A DNA stretch of 64,000 nt from Octopus sinensis (taxonomy: Eukaryota): positions 179,676,001 through 179,740,000 of the forward strand of contig NC_042997.1 of assembly GCF_006345805.1 (NCBI RefSeq), in the 5' to 3' direction. Below are positions 1-13,087 of the stretch, one piece after another. The notes beneath the pieces are model-generated. The model was not told the origin of the DNA, made no database searches, and was given only the letters and a program-made list of their open reading frames with translations. How positions within the stretch are numbered: position 1 is the stretch's first letter; each line of letters begins with the position of its first letter. A program made the position numbers and the translations under genes.

Positions 1-203
1 TACTCGACCAGAAGAAAATTCTAACTGGGCCCCACCTGCAGGGTCATGTGCTTATCTTGTTATGAGATCACCATGTCGCGCACATATGGCTGTGATGCAT
101 GCGCCGGGTGTACCCTTATCAGACGGGTAGTCACGATGGGTATATTGGGCTTCGTATATTTTACCTCAGTGTCACTTTGATGGCATGCACTGCTCTCTCA
201 CAC
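1..203 (+). mobile_element. 3' end of an (AAT)n-tailed retroposon family, copy 1 (cut by window edge)
   Basis: Positions ~88-203 align with 7968-8085 (GTGATGCATG...CCCTTATCAGACG...GATGGGTATATT...ATGGCATGC...CACACAATAAT). Both copies run directly into (AAT)n. Confidence 0.7.
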
Positions 204-252
<49 letters not shown>

Positions 253-291
253 TAATAATAATAACAATAACAATATAAATAATAATAATAG

Positions 292-343
<52 letters not shown>

Positions 344-380
344 AATGATGATGATAATAATAATAATGATAATAATAATA
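204..380. repeat. Compound (AAT)n/(GAT)n microsatellite
   Basis: Directly visible; source of the poly-I/M/H ORFs. Confidence 0.97.
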
Positions 381-386
381 GTTACC

Positions 387-590
387 TATTTCTATTTCTT
401 TACTGCCCACAAGGGGCTAAACACAGAGAGGACAAACAAGGACAGACAAACGGATTATGTTGATTACATCGACCCCCAATGCATAACTGGTACTTAATTT
501 ATCGACCCCGAAAGGATGAAAGGCAAAGTCGACCTCGGCGGAATTTGAACTCAGAACGTAACGGCTTCTGAGTTCAAATTCCGCCGAGGT
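387..590 (-). mobile_element. SINE family A (tRNA-derived, Meta-like central domain), 5'-truncated with a fold-back end
   Basis: Reverse complement of the full copy at 58252-58474; contains GCCTTTCATCCTTTCGGGGTCGATAAATTAAGTACCAG on the - strand. Confidence 0.9.
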
Positions 591-1330
591 ACATCAACGG
601 TAACTGAAAAAAAAAAGGTTTACAACACGTGTAGAGATGTTAAATATATAGACTTATAACAACAAAATACAACGCCTGCATATCTGTGCACGTGTATAAG
701 TATATTTGCGTTTTGGCCTGAAAGGAACAAAAATAACTCAACGTCGTTGTAAGTTATACTTAAATCGTATAATCCATTTCAAGCGCAATGCATCCACAAA
801 AAGTAGCTTTAAATACGTTTATAATAACAAAGGCTCCATCTACAGTATCAGGTCACACATTTTAAATTGAAAAGCTAACAATAATTGTTACACTTCGCAG
901 AACACGAGAAGATTTTTTTGGAACACAAAGAGATAAATACTTATATTGCTCTATTCCTGACCGAAAATATCCATCGAAATAAGTGACTCGGAACAAATAG
1001 ACAAACTATGAATGCTATGAAATGATTTGAGAATTTATTCTGTGTAAGCGTAACCAGCAACTAACGAGGCAAGGATGGAGCCAGAGCTAAGCGAGCCAGA
1101 ATGTACAAGAGATAGGAGCCGAATCTTTCTCGAATCCACCCCTACTGTCTTACAAAGGGAATACGTCACGCGTAATAATAGCTAGGATTCCGATGTTACA
1201 TACATATAAAATTATAGCGCGTAAATATATAACTATATACATATGTATACTTATACATACATACATGCATATATATACATACATACATATACATACATAT
1301 ATATACATATATTATATATATGTTTATATA

Positions 1331-1376
<46 letters not shown>

Positions 1377-1396
1377 TATATAAACATATATATATA

Positions 1397-1693
1397 TCTT
1401 TATATATAAAAGTCAAGTTGTGTGTCTGTCTCCTACGATTTAGATTCCTAACTACTCCCACATTTTTCGGTGCAGTTTAACCAAAACCGGGTATCTTATA
1501 GTCGTGATTCATATAGAGCCCTTCTGTGTATTAGCGCGCGTCTACGATGAGTCTACGATTTTAAAAATAATTTACCATCATTTTTTTCCATTTTAATGCA
1601 TTTTTTTTTGCTATTTTTTGGCTATAACTCTCTAAAAATGCTTATATAGTTATTTCCCTTACAAACCCGAGCAACGCCGGGCGATACTGCTAG
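1397..1693 (+). mobile_element. Non-autonomous Helitron (~300 bp)
   Basis: 5' TC(TTTATATATAAAA), subterminal hairpin CCCGAGC-AAC-GCCGGG at 1666-1681, 3' CTAG, no TSD, inserted in (TA)n. The base after CTAG is C rather than the canonical T. Confidence 0.8.
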
Positions 1694-1700
1694 CATATAT

Positions 1701-1745
<45 letters not shown>

Positions 1746-1774
1746 ATATATATATTAACACATATATATACAAC

Positions 1775-1926
1775 TTCCGGCGAGGTCGACTTTGCCTTTC
1801 ATCGTTTCGGGGTCGATAAAGAAAGTACCAGTTACGCACTGGAGTCGATGTAATCGACTTAATCCGTTTGTCTGTCCTTGTTTCTCCCCTCTATGTTTAG
1901 CCCCTTGTGGGTAATAAAGAAACAGA
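1775..1926 (+). mobile_element. SINE family A, 5'-truncated
   Basis: Matches the 3' two-thirds of 58252-58474. Confidence 0.9.
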
Positions 1927-2158
1927 TATGTTAACACACACACACAAACCTCGCCAAGAAAAATATTTAAACCACCTGATGAATGACTGCGACTCAAAAA
2001 TTTGAAGACAGCAGGCATGAAACGATCGTAGTGTGATATTATTATATTTTTTAATAATTTTGTTACATATTTAAATAATATAAATTAATCATATGTATTG
2101 GCTTAAGTCTTTCATTGTTTGACTTGCCTAATAGTGGTTTTGTCTCTAATTTAATATA

Positions 2159-2214
<56 letters not shown>

Positions 2215-2819
2215 GTGTATGTAGATATGTGTACACACATATATGCATATATACAGAGAGACAGAGAATGAGAGAGAGACAGACAGCCAGAAAAAAGGGA
2301 CAGTGAGAGAGTGGTAGACAGAAAGAGAGAGATGAGAGAGTGACAATAGTTATGGTTAGAACACCATTCACCATAGGACTGAAGCTCTTCGCTGATATGT
2401 AGCTAAACAGCCACATTAATAAAACCTGATATTTTCGAGTATGATTTAAATAAAATATGGCGACGGAAAAATTAACCAATTGAATTAAATATTGTTGCAA
2501 ATAGGCCATCATATAATTGAGAAGATATAATCAATAATAATCGACTGTAAGGAGAAAAACTAGTGAATAAGCTCATTGAAAATTTGGATAGCACGATAAT
2601 GAACGTATCCGGAAATTTTACCCGCTAATCAACACATCGACACAATCGAAATGCGTGTATAATGACAAAAATAAATCTGAAAATATCATGCAGTAAACTT
2701 CAAAATCATTATGATGATACCTAACATATAACAAAGCAACAACTTAAATAATAATTTGTATCTCTATGTGTGTTTATGTGGGCGCGTATGTATATGAATA
2801 TATATATATATATTTCAAT

Positions 2820-3030
2820 ATGTTACCGCGTGTGTATCGTTGGCGATCTTCTTTCTCCGTCTTCCCTTTTTTGAACCTTTCCTTTTCCTAAGTTTCTGAC
2901 GAAGAGCTCCGCTCGAAACGTTAAGTCCTCATTCTTTCTTTCCTTTCCTGCGCGTCCAAGAACACTATACTTGTTCCACGTCCTCGCGTTGTTGTGTTTT
3001 CTTTTTGTTCATGTTTGGATTAACTATATA
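2820..3030 (+). mobile_element. Short non-coding element with hammerhead motif (Penelope-like pLTR or retrozyme-like)
   Basis: Flanked by (TA)n-type repeats. Its 3' end (CACGTCCTCGCGTTGTTGTGTTTTC...TTTGGATTAACTATAT) recurs at ~63563-63618. Confidence 0.7.
2891..2926 (+). ncRNA. Minimal type I hammerhead ribozyme motif
   Basis: AGTTT-CTGACGA-A-GAGC-TCC-GCTC-GAAACGTT-AAGT: intact core boxes, 4-bp helix II, palindromic AACGTT in place of helix III, partial helix I. Confidence 0.75.
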
Positions 3031-3149
3031 TGTTTGTATGTATGTATGTATGTATGTATGTATGTATTTATCCATGTGTGTTTATGTGTGTGCGTGTGTC
3101 TGTGTACATATGTATATGTAAATGTACATAAATATAATATGTATATCCA

Positions 3150-4000
3150 TAAACCGCGGAAAAACAACAAATAAGTGGATATCGGAAACGAACTGTGGGG
3201 GTATATAAAATGTATAAAACGATTTGGAGATAATACTCTGATCCTAAAATAACTGATAAAAAGCGAGAATAATAATAAACAAGCATTATTAATTTAGATC
3301 AAAAGAAAAATATGATTTATTAGAAATGGAGAAAAATTAGGTAAAAGCGTATCGAAGAGAATTTGGAAGATACCTCTCCGAACGTCCAGGGTACTGAGGG
3401 CAGCAAATAGAAAGAAAGGAAGAAGATCAGGAAATAAAAAAATAAGATTAAAGCTGGTATAATCAACTATATTGAGCTCATGGATACCTAGTAAATATAT
3501 TCAATTAATTAATGCAAGTTGCATTGAAATCTTATACCCATCTAATAGCAGAAAGCTCTTTATTGCTATTCAGAACACGGGGAACAAAAGTAATATAGAT
3601 TCATCAACTGATTCTCCTAACAGTCTCTAAATATCGACCCCTTTAGAGAGTGATAAACTCTATGAATACTCGAAAAGAGAAACAAAAAAAAAAAAACATC
3701 GTACTATTATTACAGCTAACAGAATCTTGGGCTGCAAATATCAATTACTGATCAAGAAAGCTGCCATTTACATAAAAACAAAGGTCAAAATTATAAATCA
3801 TGTAAAAGATAGATTCACTAACTGCATCAATTGATTGCAAGAAAATATATTCCTATTTCCCATGACTATATAACGAAAACACTAAAAATATGACAAATTC
3901 CACGCTATCGTAACACCTCAACATATTAGTAAAAACGTAAATCATATAATGTAAGGAAATGATCATCTAAATACAAAGGTAAACATCATAAGGAGTTCAA
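3150..4000 (+). mobile_element. Highly degraded non-LTR retrotransposon remnant (R4/Dong-like)
   Basis: A-rich decayed coding-like sequence with a YRP-like remnant near 3630; resembles the other Dong-like copies only loosely. Confidence 0.3.
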
Positions 4001-4923
4001 AAGTATTACGTATATCTTCTAATAAGATTCTTCGCCTCAGCTGATCCTCAACATTTCTCAATTCTGTAACTACCATGAATGTATTGTGCAAAGCGATGAT
4101 GCATCAGGCTACGCACTTAAGAATGAGCTCCTCTCTCCCCTCCCCTCTCTCTCTCTGTCTGTCTTTCTCTCTCTCTCTCTCTCTCTGTCACTCTTCGCCC
4201 ACCTCTCTATCTCTCTATTAGTTTACATCAAATTGATGACGACGCTGTATATTTTGCTGAGCTGATGAAAAATTGCCCGCTTTTTTGTTCTGCTTGTACT
4301 GTATTGTTTTAGTATTGTTTACATACAGTTATTCCTCCTGTGCATTGTACAGCCGTAAAGCAATTTCCATTGCATATGTACCATTCCTTGTCTGCTGTAT
4401 CTTGTCATTTCTTATTATACACGCAATGTTATTCTGTCCTGTCCTCGCACATATTTGTCAGCTGTTCCCTGTAGGTCTAAGCATTGACCATTCTTAAAAT
4501 ACCACATGCTACTTCTCCCAATACTTAGTCTCTCGGTACCCTATGCATTCACCCCTTCATCATCTTGATATATTTCTCTGACCTCTTATCCAACACTCAA
4601 CATACCTCCTCCTACCGCTACTACTACCTTGCCTCCTACTATACCTATTTTACCTTCAAATTTCCCTGCATAATGATCTGATACGTTAGACACTTATCTA
4701 TCCACCTTCATGAAGGAGGATCTGGAGTTTACCAATGTTTGTTTGATTTCATTACCGGCTGCAAATTTTGGATCAGCTACATCTACCAGCATTATGAAGT
4801 AACTTCAAGCCCCTCGAAAATGCTCTGGAACTTGTAATGCCTTCTCCCCTCTAATTCCTTCAGTCTATATAATTTTAGTGAGTTTTCTCTATAAACAATA
4901 TCTATCTATCTATCTATCTATCG

Positions 4924-5525
<602 letters not shown>

Positions 5526-5919
5526 TGCATGCATTATATACTTGATCATTTATCGCCTCCTCTTTTTACATGTATACTTACATATATATATTTTGTACAT
5601 TAAAACACAACGTTCTGTCTGTTTATTTGCATTATAAATCAACAGATAAATTATAATTACTCATTATTCTGCTGACTTGGTCCGCTTTGAAGATATCGCA
5701 TTTCAAATCATTTGAGCGCTACCAAGTGTTTTCTATTTGAGATTTTCTCGATCTCATCCGTTGATCATATATATATATATATATGTGTGTGTATGTGTTT
5801 GTGTGTGTGTGTGTATGTGGTGTGTGCGTGTGTGTGTTCCCTTGTGTGCGCAGGTATGTATAAGTATGTGTACACATCAACAAACATAACAAATTGAGTG
5901 AAGCAGAGCTGTAAAATAT

Positions 5920-6600
5920 TTTCATAAAAACAAAAATTATTCTACTAAATATGAAACGTATTAAGGAATGCTCGATGATGAATTCATATAGCTCCAATGA
6001 ATAGAAGAACATCTATTTATAGAATACAGACGCCAAGTGAATCTGATACTAAAACCTGAGTTTAATGCGGAAATTAAAAGCGAAACAATTAACAATTGAT
6101 TCACGCTAATGATAATGTATAGCTTCAATATTATGAATTGGAAGCTACTTGAAATTGGATATAAAACTGAAAATAGTGCAGTACAAAGACACATAAAAGG
6201 TTAGAGGCTAGAAAGCAAACAATCTGACGTCTTATATCCACAAAGGAAAACGTTTGAAGGTGGTTAATAAATATAAACGCCAACAGAAATACGGCTACAA
6301 TTGAAACAAACCTACATGTGCAATACAACACATAAGAACCGGCTTCAAACTGCATATAACTACGTAAAGATAGAATTAGGGAGGCTACGGGCAGTAATGC
6401 AAATGTCAAGAGGAAAACTAAGGCAGGACAATTATCAAGAACCACTGAATATGATAATACAAAAGAGCTATCGGAAGAATTATAACAACATAAAAGCAAA
6501 CCAAAAATAAACCAGAAATTAGGAAGTCACCATAGAAGAATTATATGAAAGCTAACCGTTGGTTAGGTCAGAAACTCAGAAACACAGGCTCCTGGTCCTT
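5920..6600 (+). mobile_element. Degraded R4/Dong-like LINE fragment (pre-RT region)
   Basis: A-rich decayed ORF ending in VTIEE...QAPGP, similar to the KAPGPD pre-RT motif. Confidence 0.4.
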
Positions 6601-6969
6601 CGCCTCTGTAACTATCGTTCCATCAACCTTTGAGTAATGACATTTTTGCTCGTTTTCGTCCTCGTTTGATCTCAACGGCCTTTTCATTCCAACTTTCCTT
6701 CTTAATTGTTTGACGTTCAAGATTAAAAGTGAAAGAGCATGGTCTTTTTAATGTAATTTTAAATTTCGTTTTTGTTTTATCAGGTGGGAAAGAAGTGTTC
6801 GTAAATGGAACACTTTGAATGATACACAACTGTTACTGCAAATTCTGAAACAATTAATTGTACAAGCTTGCCACACTACAATATTGATAATCATAACCAC
6901 CATCAACACCAACGCCAACACCACTACAATTACTACTACTACTACTACTCTACTATTAACGAAACTTTT

Positions 6970-7857
6970 GAGGAGGGGGCTACATCGACACCAGTGTTTC
7001 ACTAGTACTTATTTCATCGATCTCAAAAGGTCGAAAGAAGTTGACATCGGCGGAATTTTACATCAGAACGTAAAGACGGACGAAATGCCGGTAGCATTTT
7101 GACCAGCATGCTCACGATTCTACTATAGAAGAAGGCCCGAAATTTTGGGGGAGGGGGCTAGTCGATTACATCGACCCTAGTGCTTCACTGGAACTTAATT
7201 TATTGACCTAGCAAGGATGGAGGGGAAAGTCGACTTCGGCGGAATTTGTCCTCAGAGCGTATTGGCGTGCTAACAATTCAGCCAGCTCGCTGCCCTAATA
7301 ATAATAATAATAACAATTATAACCTCAAATTTTGGCACAAGGCCAACAATTTCAAGGAAGTGACTAAAACGATTGCATCAATTGCAGCGTTCAACTGGTA
7401 CTTATTTTATCGACCCCAAAGGGATAAAACGAAAAGGCCTACTTCGTGTATTTCGAAGTCAATACATAAAAAGCCGAAGAAATACTATTAAGCATTTGTC
7501 CAACTTACAAACAATTTTGCCGGCTTTTACCGAATCGCTATACTACGAGTACGTAAACACATCAACATCGACAGGCTTCTTTCATTTTCCGTCTACCAAA
7601 TCCACTCGCAAGTCTTTGGTCAGCCCTAAGCTATAATAGAAGAAACCTTCCCTTGCCAAGGTGCCACGCAGTGGGACTGAACCCGGAACCATTTGATTGG
7701 GAAGCAAGCTACATACCACACAGCTACTCCTTATTATAGGCAAAAAGCCTGAAATTACGTGGCAAGGTGTACGTCAATTCTATTTTTATTAACCCCACTG
7801 CTCGACTAGTACTTATTTCATTGATCTCAAAATGATGAAAGGCAAATTCGATCTCAA
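6970..7857 (-). mobile_element. Cluster of co-oriented SINEs: three or four family A variants plus a family B fragment (7535-7728)
   Basis: Repeated ACATCGACCC...GTACTTATTTTATCGA...GGCGGAATTT units. Family B head GGTGCCACGCAGTGGGACTGAACCCGGAACC at ~7661-7690. Confidence 0.85.
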
Positions 7858-7888
<31 letters not shown>

Positions 7889-7967
7889 GATGATGATGAT
7901 GATGATGATGAAGAGTCGGAGGAGGAAGAGGAGGAGGAGTATGGTGATAATGATGTTGATGATGATA

Positions 7968-8124
7968 TGGTTGTGACGCATGTGTCTGGTGTCCCTTATC
8001 GGACGAATAGTCATGATGGGTATATTAGGCGTCATATATTTGTACTCCAGTATCACTTTCATGGCATGCGTTGTTCTCACACTCAATAATAATAATGATA
8101 ATAATAATAATAATAATAATAATA

Positions 8125-8182
<58 letters not shown>

Positions 8183-8207
8183 AATAATGATGATGATGAT
8201 GATAATA
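7968..8207 (+). mobile_element. (AAT)n-tailed retroposon 3' end, copy 2, with tail
   Basis: Homologous to 88-203; followed by (AAT)n/(GAT)n. Confidence 0.7.
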
Positions 8208-8214
8208 AACTTCA

Positions 8215-8420
8215 GCAGATTTGCTTGTCAGTTGTTTGACCATAACCAGTTGAGCTTGTCATTTGGTGGCTGACGATAAGTGCATTTCTGATCACGAGCA
8301 GAAGTAGTGGGGGAGCATCATAGCCATGTGTTGAGAGGAATTCTTTGAGGTTTGAATAAGTCACCTCTGCAAACATGGGTTTTTCGTTCAACATCATTAA
8401 ACAACCCCTATTCAAGGCTC
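8215..8420. mobile_element. Unclassified interspersed repeat
   Basis: Diverged inverted match to 58090-58235 (TAGCCATGTGTTGAGAGGAATTCTTTG vs CAAAGAATCCTTCTCAACACATGGCTA). Confidence 0.6.
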
Positions 8421-8899
8421 GACTAATCCCCTCCTCCAAAAGGATGGCAAACAACCTTAACCTCAACGGTATTTGAAACAGATGGCAAAAAGCTGACTCG
8501 AATAACGGTAAATATTTATTTTGCGATGTAGTGATTCTGATGACTCTTCGTTGTTCACTAATCCGCTACTAGCTCATGCTGAATTACAACTTTGAACATG
8601 GAAAATAATTTATCTGTTATGCAAGTATACATCCAGCATCACCGAGTCGAACATTTTGATGCTACACAGATTCGTATTTTGTATTATAGATATTTACTTT
8701 GTATTTTCACTCTGAGTAGTACATAAAATATGTTACAGTAAAATACAAAAATGAATATGTCCAACGAAAATTAAGTAAGAAAGTTATGTGAATATAATTC
8801 AAACGCACTACGATACTGATTTACTAATTTATTTCTTGTAGAAGCGGTGCTCTTCCAAAATGTCAGCTCTTTACAAATAGGCCTATCTCATATTCAGAA

Positions 8900-11800
8900 T
8901 GTCCAATAAAATAAAGCTACAATAAAAGGTAACAAGATACGAAAGCGCAATAAGTTGAAGTCTTTCACGCAAATTAAACTTTCTTTGTATATCTACAATA
9001 CAGTAACACCATGAAGAGAATTACGAATGATGTAGAATAACAAACAATATTGTAAATCATAATTCCGACACATTAGCTTAAGAACGAAAAATAAAAATAT
9101 TACAGAAACTCTTACTGAACAACTCTAAGAAAATTTGCTCGCTGAAAATAAGATAGTAACATACAAGACACACAAGAGATATAAGATCCTACAAACCAAT
9201 GAAATCTCAACATATTCTTCTACATATGATACATATAAGCTTACTCAAAGAAAAGTAAAACAACGGAAAAGAAACAAGCATACATAAAATAAATAAGTCC
9301 TCAAATAAAAGCACATTGAAAATACAACACTATACAGCACTTGCAAAAATAATCGTCTTTGCTGCAAAAGAAAAACAGAAAGGGGAAAACAACAAAAAAG
9401 CCTAAATTATGATGCAGATCACACAATTTTTGATGAAAACAACCAAGCGAACATCCAGTCATGATAACAATATACCATTGATTCCACACTCAACATTAAA
9501 CAGATTAAACCATGCATCACAACAGATTAAACATGGAAATAAATTATGAGAACCAATAATATGCGCCCATAAAATCAATAAATATTGACGGACGGAAATG
9601 CCTGCCCAACTTACATGTACATCCTCCCTGCAGAAGAATAACATATTGCAATAACAGTGCACAAGAAACGCAGTCTGTAGAAAGAAACCTGGATATTAAC
9701 AAGTTGAATGTAACATTATTATGTTCGGTTACCGAAATTGTGTCCAGGATATGTGGACTTAATCCTTTATATTAAGGGCCTCATTAGATAACCTTTTCAA
9801 AAGAAATGAAGGCAAAAGGTATACAAAATAACTTATAGGGATAAAAATATAAGAAATCTTACCTCTGCTGAGTGCTCCTCACGTGAGCCGGTAGGAGATA
9901 TATCAATTAGAACAGAAGGTATTCTAAAAATAAAATCATTAAGGATAAGCGTATTTCAGAAGACACCTTTTAAGTGACAATCTATTAAAAACATGTACTA
10001 AAATATTTTACAGAGGCATAAAAAACGGAAATGCATGATATAGCACTGGCTGGCACATCAATATCAACAAAAATGCAAGCATATTGATAGAAAGTATGAA
10101 ACGATCACATTCACTTCAATAAAATGGCAGAATAGATCAAAAGGAATAGAGACATGGACTAAAATTGCTAGCATGTCTCAGCATAACTAAAAAGTTCGGC
10201 GACACGATGCAAGCTGAAAGCAAACGGATAGTCACGGGGATATTTTCCGAAATATCTAATCTAACCTATTCTTCTTGAACATATACAATAACATTCAATG
10301 AATTAGTAAAAATCAGGCTTAACACATTTATAATTTCTACAGGTTGATCAAAAAACGCCAAAGACTTTCCAAACTAAACGCGTATAAATTGTTCACCAAG
10401 ACACAAAACACAACTATAACAGTTTGGAAAGGAGCGCTCAAGATGTTACAGAAACAGATGGTTTAGTAGCCGTTGATGGTAAATCTGGCACTTATACAAC
10501 ATAGTAATAGGTGGAGAAATATAACTCAGTATGTCTTAAAGCGCACTCCATTCTTTTATATTGAAAATCTCACATATAATTTTACGGTTTAATTATTAAC
10601 ACGATACATCAAATATGCAATATAAAAGCGAAATCAACCATATAGCTCCTCCTCAGAGTTGATAAAATCAAGCTCTCTACTTAAGAGAAGTTGAATAATT
10701 GAGGGGCTATATGATCTCTATTTATCTACCTAGCTAATACGCCATAAAATAATCTTACTTACAGTAAATACTACGGAACACCTGTTTGATATCTTATTAA
10801 AATTGTCCATAAACTCAGTTCAGCCGAGAGTTTAAAATGGCTACTGGGCAAGATAATTATGACGCATTCATTCTAAAAACAAATTTATTAAAACTGAGAT
10901 CAGTAAATTGTATCTATGAATTAAAGTCAGAGAATTAGAACGGATTTACTTGCAATAAATACATATACATGAAATTTTATAAAGTAAAATACATATAAAT
11001 GAAGTAAAAAATTAGAAAAAAAATCACTACAGAACTATACTCAATGCCAGAAATGAAATAATGGTAATGAATACATTTACTATCACAATAATAAAGTACA
11101 TTTTTAATAAAATTTTATGTACATTTTCAATATGATTTTCGCAATCATATAGTACATTTTCAATAATAATAATTGTAAGTTCACTGAACTGAAAATCTAT
11201 CGGAGAAGGAAAAGAAGATAACTCCCCACTACTTTCCAAATCCATTAAATAAAACCGATATAGATAGGATATACCTAACCCACGAACAGGGAGAACGTGC
11301 GTGACACAAACGAGGAAATATTACAAAGTAACAACAGACGCCATAGAAAAATACTTAAAAGCAATTAAAAGGAAATCGATTAGTGTAATGCTGGAAACTG
11401 AGGGTAAAAAAAAACCTCAACGGCTTTACTGTGTATGTAAGAAAACAACAAAGCACGAAGCAGAAGCTAATTATATTGAACAAAAAAGGTTCAGATGACG
11501 ATAAAAGAACAGAAAAGATGAAAATATAAAACAAAGGATAAAATCAAAGTAGAGACTAACCGAAGAAAAAAATTAAGGAAAAATGTACACTGTCATCAAT
11601 ATCCTCAAAGACTCGACGGAGAGGAAGTAAGCCAGCGTGAAGTCCAACAATAGCTCCAAAGCGCTGTCCTAAAACCAGAAACGGATGGTCTTATTTTAGA
11701 TGGACAGAATCAATACCAAGCCATAAAAAAATAACTAAAACAAAATCTCAGATCAAAGTAACGACACAAAAGACTAACATCGAATATAGGCTATAAACTC

Positions 11801-12150
11801 AGCATACAGTACAACTGACAACGTCATTACCGGTTGCCCAGTTTTTGTAATGCCAAAATATATAAAATCTTGGTGATTTCTGACAAAAATCATTGCATGG
11901 AAAGAGATCAAACTTTACCAAAATATAACAACGGGATTTAGCAAGTTCTGGTGTGAAAAGGTAACTTCACTAGTAACAACAATAATCTGAGGAGCATATT
12001 AAAGAATAACATGAGCAAAAGACTAAAACCAATAGTAGGGTTTAAAACTTATCATTATCGAAAAATAACCCTGCATAGAGTAGAAAAGATTCAAGATATT
12101 TTCAGCTTAGTAGCACAGCTCAAAATAGTAAGTGATATTGCTAACATATA
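8900..12150 (+). mobile_element. Old, near full-length degraded R4/Dong-like non-LTR retrotransposon
   Basis: Ordered remnants: NY-PI-C-like (~9545), GIFQGD-like (~9950), DRLY...GRGL-like (~10660-10710), ETDGLILDGQNQ (~11680-11715) and VITGCPVF (~11823). The last two parallel ETEGFLIAAQDQ and HIISSCPVL in the 43-44 kb element. Confidence 0.6.
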
Positions 12151-12174
12151 TCACACAACCGATTTTCGAAATCG

Positions 12175-12358
12175 ATTCAAATTTTGCCACACGGACAGAA
12201 ATTTTTAGGTGCTCAACAGGTATTTATTTTATCGACCCCAAATGGAAGAAAGGCACAGTTGACCTTATTGGAATTTAAGCTCAGAACGTAAAGAGCTGGA
12301 AAATATGCTGCTAAGTATTTTTCCCGACGCGCTAATGATCCTGCGATCCCATTGCCTT
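12175..12358 (-). mobile_element. SINE family A, diverged
   Basis: GGTATTTATTTTATCGACCCC...GCTCAGAACGTAAAGAG...GCGCTAATGATCCTGC. Confidence 0.75.
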
Positions 12359-12833
12359 AGCAGTGTTTCAAAATAAAACGTACCTATCACATATTTTTAT
12401 ACTACTGTTAACTAAAATGTCGCACATTTTATATTCTACACAATTTCTTCTCAATAAGTTAAATTTCTATTATAAAATTATACGAAACGGAATCATTATA
12501 AAAGAACATAACTCCGGGGCCACATATTCTACACAACGGACAAAACTTTAATGCAATTCTAAGCCAACAACAAAGCAAGGATATTGTGACATATAAACTC
12601 CACCTTCAGACCTTCGAAAATTAGTGCTGTGCTGCACACACTTTAAGATTTTAAGTGGTGTAACAAACGGTGCACTAAAAGGCTCTCATCACATTGTTAA
12701 AAATGTAATACTAAAATGTATAAATAAAATACAAACTTTTTAAAAGATTTTTGCTCATCTACGAGACTGAAGCCACTCAATTGAAACAAGGATTGTAAAT
12801 GATTTTTAAGGTTCAAGCTCAGCAACAAGAGCA

Positions 12834-12876
<43 letters not shown>

Positions 12877-12894
12877 TAATATATATATATATAA

Positions 12895-13029
12895 CTTTGC
12901 CTTTCATCCTTTCGGGGTCGATAAATAAAGTAACAGTTACGCACTGGGGTCGATGTAATTGACTTAATCCCTTTGTCTGTCCTTGTTTGTCCCCTCTGTG
13001 TGTAGCCCCTTGTGGGCAGTAAAGAAATA
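12895..13029 (+). mobile_element. SINE family A, 5'-truncated, in (TA)n
   Basis: CTTTGCCTTTCATCCTTTCGGGGTCG...GCCCCTTGTGGGCAGTAAAGAAAT. Confidence 0.9.
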
Positions 13030-13038
13030 TATATATAT

Positions 13039-13087
<49 letters not shown>

